A DNA stretch of 20,000 bases from Emiliania huxleyi CCMP1516 (taxonomy: Eukaryota), in contig NW_005202427.1 of assembly GCF_000372725.1 (NCBI RefSeq), forward strand, positions 673,993 through 693,992, written 5' to 3'. This document shows positions 1 to 7,968 of this stretch, in pieces; the first letter of the stretch is position 1, and every line of letters starts with the position of its first letter. Both the position numbers and the translations under genes were made by a program. The notes under the pieces were generated by a model. The model searched no databases and was not told where the DNA came from. It saw only the letters and a list, made by a program, of their open reading frames with translations.

Positions 1-1730
1 TCCTCAAACAGCAGCGTGAGCGGCCAGACGCTGCCGTCCGGCCTGCGGTGGCAGCGGTTCACGGCGGCGAAGCGCTCCATCGGGTCTGCGATCGCAAAGG
101 CGCTGGCGCCGGCGCGCGCCGCCAAGTCCACCCACGACTCGGCGGGGATCCGAACCTCCCTCGAGGAGCGGACCACCCTCGGCGGTGCAAGCCGTGGAGG
201 AGGAGGAGGGAGCCGCGACGCCGGCTCGGACGGCAGCGCGCTCGCCGCCGCGCCGACGCGCCCCGCCCAGGAGCCCGCCGCCGCCACCGCGGCACCCTCC
301 CCGCGCGGCGGTGACGGCGCGGCCTGTGGCACGGCCTGCGGCGGCGCGGCCTCCGCCTCAAAGGCGCGCCAGCAAGCGTCGCAGTAGAAGAGGCCATCGT
401 CGGGGTCGATGGCGCCGGCGGCCGAGTCGCTCGCGCACTCGGCGCAGAGCAGCAGGTCGAGTGGCTGCGCCGGCGGCGGGTCCGCCCCAGCCGCCTCCTT
501 TCCCGCCGCCTCTGCCACCTCTGCCGCCTCCTCCGCCGCGTCGCCGCGCGGCGGGCTCGGAGGGAGCAGCGCCAGCCGGCTGAGCTCCTCCTCCAGCTCG
601 AGCAGCACGAACGCGTCGAGCGCCGCGTACTCGAGCTGCTCCGCCGACAGCGGCCTCGCGGCCCAGTCGGAGCTCTGGCGCGACTTGTCAAGACTCGCTC
701 GCAGCAGCGCCTCGCATGCGCCGGCCAACCCAACCACCGTCCGGCGCGGCGAGCCGACCGCCCTCGTCGCGGCGCGCTGCAAATCGCGCATGTTCGCGGC
801 GCATTCGGTGACGCCCGGCAGCGAGGTCTCGAGCCGGCGAAGGTCCTCGCCGGAGGCGAAACCGAGCTTCTCGCTTTCCTCGGCGCGGAGCAGGCGGAGG
901 AGGCAGCGCCGCAGCTCCGAGCGGCTCTCCTCGGCGCCGGGCGAGGCGAAGGCGGCGACGTCGACGACAAAAGCCTCGCGCGGCGTGGCGAGCTGCAGCA
1001 GCTGCAGCGAGCCGTCGTCGTCGGAAGGGTTCTCGTGGCGGTTGCGCGGCCGCCACTCGCAGTCGAACGCAACAGGCTCTCCCCGAGACACCGCCTCGTC
1101 GAGCGCAGCCGAGAGGGCGGCGATCCCGGCCCCGTCTTGGACAGAGAGGACCCGTGGAGGCCGCTTCGGCGCGCGGAGTGGAGGCGAGGAAAAGGGACGC
1201 TCCTCGGCCGAGGCGGCGCCCCGGCGCGTCTCCGGCGTCCCTTGCTTCTGCGGCGGCCTCACTGACGGCGCGTCCTGCGGCTCCTCCGTCTCCAACAGGT
1301 CCTCCTGCCACACACCGCCCGCGAGCAGCGGCATCCGCCTCTGCCCGCTCGCCGGCGCCGCCAGCTCGCCGCCGACCGGCGCGGCTGCTGCTGCGTGCTT
1401 GGCACCGCCGCCGAGGCTGGCCGCCGCGAGCGTTCCTGCAATAGTGTCGACTGGCGCCGGATGGCGGTATAGGCAGCCGCGGGTTTTACAGGCGCTCCCC
1501 CACTCGCACGCTAATCGCGCGTACTTGCGGCGCAGCTTGTCCGCCTCTTCGGGCCCGGGATGGATGTTCTGGCACCTTGACCCGAACTCGCACAATCCCG
1601 ACAGGAATGGCTTGCAGACGATCTCGCTCTTCCGCACGGCGCCCTTGGGAGGGTGGCGGTAGATGCAGCCGGGTCTGGTGCAGGCGGCGCCGTACGTGCA
1701 GAGCGGCAGCTGCGGCTTCTTCTTGGGCAT
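1..1730 (-). CDS. CCCH zinc-finger + DEDDy 3'-5' exonuclease (WRN/EXD3-mut-7-like) fusion protein, 3'-partial (runs off the left edge)
   Basis: Manual translation from ATG at 1730; no stop found in the stretches checked down to position 3. Three CCCH fingers: CTYGAACTRPGCIYRH, CKPFLSGLCEFGSRCQNIH, CEWGSACKTRGCLYRH. ExoI VAFDCEW (1073-1053), LQLLQLATPREAFVVD, ExoII KLGFASGEDLRRL, ExoIII SDWAARPLSAEQLEYAALDA (671-612). Then CAEC...FYCDACW and VRIPAESW...AFAIADPMERFAAVN. Confidence 0.88.
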   Translation of the reverse strand, partial: MPKKKPQLPLCTYGAACTRPGCIYRHPPKGAVRKSEIVCKPFLSGLCEFGSRCQNIHPGPEEADKLRRKYARLACEWGSACKTRGCLYRHPAPVDTIAGTLAAASLGGGAKHAAAAAPVGGELAAPASGQRRMPLLAGGVWQEDLLETEEPQDAPSVRPPQKQGTPETRRGAASAEERPFSSPPLRAPKRPPRVLSVQDGAGIAALSAALDEAVSRGEPVAFDCEWRPRNRHENPSDDDGSLQLLQLATPREAFVVDVAAFASPGAEESRSELRRCLLRLLRAEESEKLGFASGEDLRRLETSLPGVTECAANMRDLQRAATRAVGSPRRTVVGLAGACEALLRASLDKSRQSSDWAARPLSAEQLEYAALDAFVLLELEEELSRLALLPPSPPRGDAAEEAAEVAEAAGKEAAGADPPPAQPLDLLLCAECASDSAAGAIDPDDGLFYCDACWRAFEAEAAPPQAVPQAAPSPPRGEGAAVAAAGSWAGRVGAAASALPSEPASRLPPPPPRLAPPRVVRSSREVRIPAESWVDLAARAGASAFAIADPMERFAAVNRCHRRPDGSVWPLTLLFE

Positions 1731-1804
1731 CGTTGGGCCTGCAGGTTCACAGCCTCACGACAAACGCGCTGGGTTCGGGCTCCTTGCCGTCAGGGTCGAA
1801 GTGG

Positions 1805-1990
1805 CCTAGTCCGATGCCCAGTGTGCCCAGTGTTGTGCGAGGAAGTTTTGTTGGAAGTGGCTCGAATTTTGCTTAGAAAAAGAATAGGTGCGCACTGGCG
1901 CGTGCTAGCACTATCTATCACAAGCAAACCACCGGAACCGCCTACTGTGCGCCTAAGGCCCTAAGCGACTCCGGTAAGAACGGCAATGCA
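1805..1990. repeat. Two head-to-head pieces of a dispersed intergenic repeat family
   Basis: 1823-1841 gtgcccagtgttgtgcgag recurs at 7805-7823. 1886-1990 (aggtgcgcactggcgcgtgctagcacta...gcaaaccaccggaaccgcc...ctaagcgactccggtaagaacggcaatgca) aligns with 9467-9548. Confidence 0.85.
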
Positions 1991-2079
1991 CTAAAGGTTT
2001 GTGCACAAAGCCGCTCTCCCCGCACGCTAGCTCGTTCACCGTCTGCCCACCAAAGCGGTGTGGAGAACGACAGACAGTC

Positions 2080-2111
2080 GCTGCGGCTTCTTCTTGGGCA
2101 TTCTTGGGCCT
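2080..2111 (-). repeat. Short third copy of the CCCH gene start region
   Basis: gctgcggcttcttcttgggcattcttgggcct versus 1709-1740 gctgcggcttcttcttgggcatcgttgggcct. Confidence 0.8.
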
Positions 2112-2159
2112 CAAAACGGCCTTGAACGGCCGCGCCCGATAGCCCTCGCTGTTGACCAA

Positions 2160-2275
2160 AGGCAAATCACCAAATGCAAAATACCAGCCTCTCTCACAGC
2201 ACACTGGCACGACAAGGGCGCGGCTGGCGCGGACTGGCACACACACCTGCTCACCACCGGAGCCGCCGAGGCGAA
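2160..2275 (+). repeat. Diverged copy of the dispersed intergenic repeat
   Basis: ctctctcacagcacactggcac...ctggcgcggactggcac...caccaccggagccgcc resembles 9436-9520 (ctctctctcacacagc...ggactggcgcg...aaccaccggagccgcc). Confidence 0.6.
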
Positions 2276-2364
2276 GAAATCGCTGTCGGCAACAGAGGAC
2301 GCTGTGCTTTTGGCGCCCCATTGCCCCATTGCTTTTGGCGCCCCATTGCCAAAAGCCGGTCCCG

Positions 2365-2617
2365 CCCCACTCGCACGCTATCAGGACAGTGCGTACTTGC
2401 TTGCGGCGCAGCTTGTCCGCCCTTCGGGCCCGGGATGGATGTTCTGGCACCTGGACCCGAACTCGCACAATCCCGACAGGAATGGCTTGCAGACGATCTC
2501 GCTCTTCCGCACGGCGCCCTTGGGAGGGTGGCGGTAGATGCAGCCGGGTCTGGTGCAGGCGGCGCCGTACGTGCAGAGCGGCAGCTGCGGCTTCTTCTTG
2601 GGCATCGTTGGGCCTGC
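2365..2617 (-). pseudogene. Frameshifted duplicate of the 5' end (first two and a half zinc fingers) of the CCCH-exonuclease gene
   Basis: Near-identical to about 1497-1742. The ORF 2381..2605 reads MPKKKPQLPLCTYGAAC...IHPGPEG and then shifts frame (indel near 2421, ttgc duplication near 2397-2404, insertion near 2381-2390), ending at a premature stop. Confidence 0.85.
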
Positions 2618-2767
2618 GGGCTAGGGCAATGTTGGGCCCGCAGCAGGCTACGAATTCCTTGAAAAAAGAATTCCTGCGCCGACGCAGGCGTCCCGCCTGC
2701 CCGCCAGTTCGACGTTGCGTCGCTGCAGCTGCGGCTGTGCTTAGGGCGCCCCATTGCCCCACACCCC

Positions 2768-3599
2768 ATGCAGATCACGTGCGTCGGCACTGGGGACGAC
2801 GGCACTACGCCGTGCGCGCTGGTCGAGGCGAGCAGCGGCCGCCGCCTGCTCCTCAACGCGTCGGAGGGACTGCAGGCCTGCCGCCTGCCACAGCCAGACA
2901 GTGAACCTCCCGCTCACGCCACAACCAACCGCCCCGCCTGATTCGCAGCGGCTGAGCGCCGAGCGCCGGCTCAAGCTGCACCGAGACCTCGACGCAGTCC
3001 TCCTCTCCTCGCTCGACGCCGCTGCGGTCGCCGGGCTGCCAGGCCTGCTGCTCAGCCTGGCGCACGCTGGTGTGAGGTGCGCCTCTGCCCAGCCATGTGA
3101 GCACGCACGCGGCCGCGGCCAGCCCAAGCGCGCTTCGCACGCAGGCGGCTCGTCGTCTTTGGTCCGGACGGCGTCCAGGCCTATGTGGCCTCACTGAGCC
3201 TCTTTGCGCGCCTCGAGCCGCTGGTGGTGGAGGCGAACCGGGCGACTGTGCACCGCAGCTTGAGCCACACAGCCACACAGTCAAGTCTCACCTCCACACT
3301 CGTCTCGGGCAGGCGGTCGCGATCGACGGCGGCCTGGCGCTCACGTGGCACGCGGGCGGCGGCGTCGAACTGCGGCTCTGCTCCCTGCCGCTCGACGGGT
3401 GGGCTCTCCCGTTGAGCCCTGCTCTCCCCTGCTCTCCCGCACAAGCCGTGTTGCTCAGCGCTCTCCCTCACCCCTCCAGGTGGCTCGCTGACGTTCCCAC
3501 CGACACCGAATCGGTGCCGGCTGCGAAACGTCGCCGCGTCGGCAGCGCCGCCGAGCGCGGCAGCGGCAGCGAGGGCGACGGCGGCCGTGGTGGTAATAG

Positions 3600-3654
<55 letters not shown>

Positions 3655-6600
3655 GGGGACAGCGACGGGGGCAGCAGCGCTGGTGGAAAAGCAATGAGCA
3701 ACGAGGCCTCGGGTGGCGCCGAAGGCGGCGGCCGCGACGACGACGGCGGCGACAGCGACGAGGGGAGCGACAGCAGCAGCAGCGACGACAGCAGCAGCAC
3801 CAGTGACGATGGCGACAGCGGCGATGGTGAGAGCGGCGATGGCGGCGGCGGCGGCGGCGACGAGAAGGGAGCTGTCGACGAGGCGGCGGTCTTCGAGATA
3901 CTCGTGCAGCACGGCGGCGGCGGACTCTCGGCGCTGCTGGTGCGCCGCGCCCACACCGACGCCGCGCTCCGCTCGCGCCTCGTGCGGCAGTGGCTCGAGA
4001 CTCCGGCCGGCGCTGCGGCCGCGGCGACGGCGAGGCGAGGGCGGCGGGCTCCCGCCCCTCGCTCTCCTGCCGCCGCCCTCGCGCTCTCCGCGGACGAGGC
4101 GGCTACGGCAGCAGCGCAGGCGAGCCTACGAGCGGCGTCTCCGCCCGCCGCGGCATCTCCCCGCGCTACAGCTCCCCGCCCTGCAGCTCCCCGCCCGACA
4201 GCTCCCCGCCCTGCGGCACGGCCCTCGGATGGCTCCGCGTGCGCAGCGGCGCCCACTCTCTTCGTGATGGAGCGGTACCCGTGGGCGCCGCAGCCGGACT
4301 CGGCCCTCGCCGCGGGACGGCTCGCGGCAGTGACGCGCCTCGCCTTCCTCGTCGACGGGTGCGGCGCCGGAGCGGCACTCTTTTGCACCGTGTCCGACGA
4401 GGCGAGCCTGGCAGGCTTGCGCCGCAGCTTGGCGCGCCCGCTGCCGCGAGGAGGCGGCGGCGTGGCCCTTTCCCTCGCACTGCTCGCCGCGCCGTCTCGC
4501 TTCGCGTGCAGCGCCCCTTTCGCGCAGTGGCTTCTGGGCCTCGGCCGCGCGTGTAGGCGAGCCCGCGGCAGCGCGGCTGGTTGGCGGCGCGACTCGTGCC
4601 TTGCTCACACGCCTCGCCGTGCGCCGCCGTATAGGTGTGTCTTGCTGCGGGCGGACGCCCTTCCCCCAGCCGACGGGGCCATCGCTTTTGGCCGGTCGGC
4701 GCGGCAGCAGAGGGCGCTGCGTCTTGCTGCTGGGCCGCACCTCTACCCTCCGTTTGGGGCGGCCGAGGGCGCCGAGGGCGGAGGGGTCGCTGGCGGCGAG
4801 GCGGCCTTGTCGCTGCCGCCGTCACTGAGCACAGCGCCACCGATGACTCGCTTTGAGGTGCGGGCGTTGTGCGCGGGCGGCGCGTTCGTTGTGGGGGACG
4901 GGGCGACGCCGGAGGAGGAGGGGGAGGAGGAGGGGAAGGAGGAGGGGAAGGAGGAGGGGGAGGAGGAGGGGGAGGAGGAGGGGGAGGAGGAGGGGAAGGA
5001 GGAGGCCGCTTGTGCGGTGACGTCGGTGCCGCTGAAGGCCGAGGCGACCCCGCGCGACGCGACTCCTCGGCTCGAGCCGCCGCCTCCGCAGTGCATCGCT
5101 CGCTGCGGCCGGCGAGAGCTGCTTGCGTGCTTCCTCGGCACCGGCTAGGAACCTTCTAGGCACCTTCTAGGAGCTTTCTAGGCGAGAGCTGCTCGCGTGT
5201 TTCCTCGGCACCGGCTGCGCGGCGCCCTCGACGTACCGCGCGCCCGCCGCCATCTACCTCCACGCCTTTGAGCGCGGTGAGCCCGGCCCGGCCCTGCCGC
5301 CTCGCCGGTGGGGGGAAACACCCTTCCCCCCCACCTTTCCCCCCCCCCCCCCCCACCCTTCCCCCACCCCTCCTCTTCGGTCCCACCCCTCCTCTTCGGT
5401 CCCACCCCCTGCAGGCGGGCTCCTGCTCGACGCGGGGGAGGGGTGCCTCGGCCAGCTCGGCCGCACCTTTGGCACGGCCGGCACCGCCGCAGTGCTCCGG
5501 CGCCTCACCGCAGTGTGGATCTCGCACGCCCACGCGGACCACCACCTCGGTCGCCGCCCCTCGCCGCGCCGCTCTCGCCGCCCGCCCGCCCGTTCTGCCA
5601 CACCGTCGCCCAGTGCTCCTCTAGGCCTGCCGACGCTGCTCGCCGCCGTTGAGCGCGCACGCACGCCGCCAGCTCTGCCGCTTGGCGCGCGGCACGCCAC
5701 GCCTCCTTTGCTCGTGATCGGGCCTCACGCCATCGGCCGGTGGCTGGAGCGGTACCAGGCCCGTCTCTCCCCACCTCTCCCCACTTCTCCCCAGCTCTCC
5801 CCATTTCCTCCCCAGCTCTCCCCAACTCTCCCCATCTCTCCCCATCTCTCCCCATTGTGATGGCTCGAGCGGTCCCAGGCCCTGCTGCCGCCGGCCCGCC
5901 GGCTCCGCGTCGCCTTTGCCCACAACGAGGCTGTGAACAACCCGCGCTGCACGGAGCGGCACTGGCTGCTCCGCCAGTCTGGGCTCGGGCTCGCCTCCCT
6001 CCGCTCCGTGCGAGTGCTGCACTGCCCCGACGCGTGGGGTGTCGTCCTCGACGGCAAGGCGCCCACATCCCCCCATACAAATCTCCCCATCTCTCCCCAT
6101 CTCTCCCCATCTCTCCCCACCTCTCCCCACCTCTCCCCATCTCTCCCCATCTCTCCCCATCTCTCCCCATCTCTCGCCATCTCTCCCCATCTCCCCCCAC
6201 ATCTCCACGGCAGGGCGCCCCTCCGGCCGTGCCTCCGGCCCTCGCCATGCGCCGCGGCTCTGCGCCCTCTGACACACGCGCCCGCCCGCCGCCAGGCGGG
6301 CTGGCGGCTCGTGTACTCTGGCGACACGAGGCCGTGCTCCGCGCTGGCTGCGGCCGGCGCGCGCGCCACGCTCCTCCCCTCCTGGACCTTTCCCGGACCT
6401 CTCCTGGAACCTTCCTGCAGGTGCGGGCGCCACCCTCCTCATCCACGAGGCCACCTTCAGCGCCGAGCAGTCCGCCATGGCGCTCCGCAAGCGGCACAGC
6501 TCCACCTCCGAGGCGCTCGGCGTCGCCGCCGCGATGGGCGCCTACCGCACCGTCCTGACGCACCTGTCTGCGCGGTACGAGAGCGAGGCGACGACCCTCC

Positions 6601-6925
6601 TCGCAAAAGGACACCGAACCCACACTCGGTTCGAGACTCTGGAGGTTGGTACCAGGCGTCGGCAGCGTGGGCGAGCAGCTCGTCCATCGTCGCCTACGAC
6701 GGCCTCACCCTCAACCTGGCGGACCTGCCGCGGTGCACTGCCGCCGCGCCGCCCATCGAGCGCTTCTTCAAGGCCGTCGCCGCCCGAGAGGCGACGGCGG
6801 CCGCCGCGGAGAGCGCGAGGCTGGCGGCGAGGTCCGTCTCGATCGAGACGTCGCTCGAGGTGCAGAGGTGGCTCGAGGAGGTGGTGGCGACCGTGGTGAG
6901 GACAGCGGCGGGTGGGCCGGGCTGA
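2768..6925 (+). CDS. ELAC2: tRNase Z long form (ELAC2/Trz1-like metallo-beta-lactamase), multi-exon
   Basis: Inferred exons: 2768-2875, 2949-3076, 3145-3232, 3313-3398, 3480-4556, 4635-5111, 5182-5276, 5415-5549, 5625-5758, 5879-6058, 6296-6356, 6421-6587, 6656-6925; phases are consistent. N-terminal half: LLLNASEGLQRL...AGLPGLLLSL. C-terminal half: FLGTGCAAPSTYR, LLLDAGEGCLGQL, WISHAHADHHLG (HxHxDH), HCPDAWG, VYSGDTRPC, LLIHEATF, RHSST, LTHLSARY. The in-frame introns at 3399 and 4557 and the 3' end are tentative. Confidence 0.88.
3602..3653 (+). repeat. (CAG/AGC)n microsatellite encoding poly-Ser in tRNase Z
   Basis: About 17 tandem cag units. Confidence 0.95.
4912..5004 (+). repeat. 12-bp coding minisatellite (GAGGAGGGG[G/A]AG; EEGE/EEGK)
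   Basis: Tandem EEEGEEEGKEEGKEEGEEEGEEEGEEEGKEE in the tRNase Z frame. Confidence 0.9.
5765..5855 (+). repeat. Intronic 10-11 bp minisatellite (CTCTCCCCAT family)
   Basis: Degenerate ctctccccaN units filling intron 5759-5878. Confidence 0.9.
6081..6202 (+). repeat. Intronic 10-bp minisatellite (CTCTCCCCAT)n
   Basis: About 12 tandem ctctccccat/ctctccccac units in intron 6059-6295. Confidence 0.95.
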
Positions 6926-7759
6926 GCAAGGCGAGCGGGCCGTCCCGTCCCCGCCTCCGCCGCCCTCTCCGCCGCTCGGGGGCTGCCGATACTCACTGCA
7001 CGGTGCGAGCCGCGCTCTCGTCTCGCCCCCGCCACCTCTCGCCCCTCCCGCCGCCCTCTCCCTCGGCCCCTCCTCTCGCCCCGCCCGACCCCGCCCTCAT
7101 CCTCCCCTCGCCTCCCCTCGCGCAGGAGGAGGAGAAGGAGCTGCTCGAGACGCTGCAGCGGTTCGCCTGCCATCAGGGCCAGGGCGGCGGCAGAGGCGGC
7201 GGGTGGACGCGCGCGGGCGGTCGGCGAGGCGGAGGTGGCTGGCGCGGGAGGGCCGGCGCGGGCCGCAGCGGAGGCGGAGGCGGAGGAGGGCGCGATGGAG
7301 GCGGAGCAGGAGCCGGAGCCCGAGGCGGCGGCGGAGGCGGGGTCGGAGGCGGCGGCGGCGGGGCAGCCGAGGCGGCCACTGAAGCATCGTCGCACCTCCG
7401 CTGCGCAGGGCGCGGCGCAGCTGGTGGCGGACGTCGAGGCGCTGGCGAGGGAGGGCGCCGACCGCGACTCGGCTGTGCGGAGCTGCGCCGCCACGCTCGA
7501 CTGCAGCTTGCCCGCCCACCGCCCAGGGTGCGAGGTGCCGCTCCTCGGCCGCAGCCGCGCCAGCCGCGGCGCGCCTTCTCCGCCTTGGCGTCGGCGACGG
7601 GTGGGCAGCTGCAGCCGCCTCCTGGTGACCGTGGACGAGCCACGGTCCATTTTCTCCACCCCTCCCTCCGCCGCCGACTCGCCGACGACTCCTGAAGGCA
7701 GGCATCAAATATTTCAAATGTCTAAGACGGAGAGCATCTTTGCTGGAAAATGTGAGGAC

Positions 7760-7850
7760 ATTCTTTTTCGCACAACTGTGTTAGTGCCAGTGCGCGCCAG
7801 TCCCGTGCCCAGTGTTGTGCGAGGGAGTTTGGTTGTAAAATTCTTTTTCG
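7760..7850 (-). repeat. Copy of the dispersed intergenic repeat, bounded by the 11-bp direct repeat ATTCTTTTTCG
   Basis: Reverse complement cgaaaaagaattttacaaccaaactccctcgcacaacactgggcacgggactggcgcgcactggcactaacacag matches 9370-9400, 9411-9500, 9604-9628 and 10159-10190. attctttttcg occurs at 7760-7770 and 7840-7850. Confidence 0.85.
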
Positions 7851-7890
7851 AGGTCTACCCGTCATGACGGGTTGACCTCGAAAAAGAATT
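7839..7890. repeat. 52-bp loopless palindrome with one mismatched pair
   Basis: aattctttttcgaggtcTacccgtca|tgacgggtTgacctcgaaaaagaatt, centred at 7864/7865. Confidence 0.95.
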
Positions 7891-7968
7891 ATTTCCCCGA
7901 CAATGGCATCACAATTTTCTTGACGTGGTCCACCAAGAGGCTCGCGGGGATCGGCGTGGTCCACTTGA

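Noticed and set aside
409..1662. 417-aa plus-strand ORF and other long overlapping ORFs
   Set aside because: Antisense shadow of the CCCH-exonuclease gene. Long stop-free frames are expected at this GC content and show no motifs.
1952..1966. ccctaa/ttaggg-like words (also near 2741 and 11494)
   Set aside because: Single isolated hexamers, not a telomeric array.
3097..5148. 683-aa ORF as a standalone gene
   Set aside because: It is the read-through middle of the spliced tRNase Z gene and stops inside intron 5112-5181.
5505..6623. Minus-strand ORFs with ERWGEMGRDG repeats
   Set aside because: Translations of the intronic CTCTCCCCAT minisatellite; not proteins.
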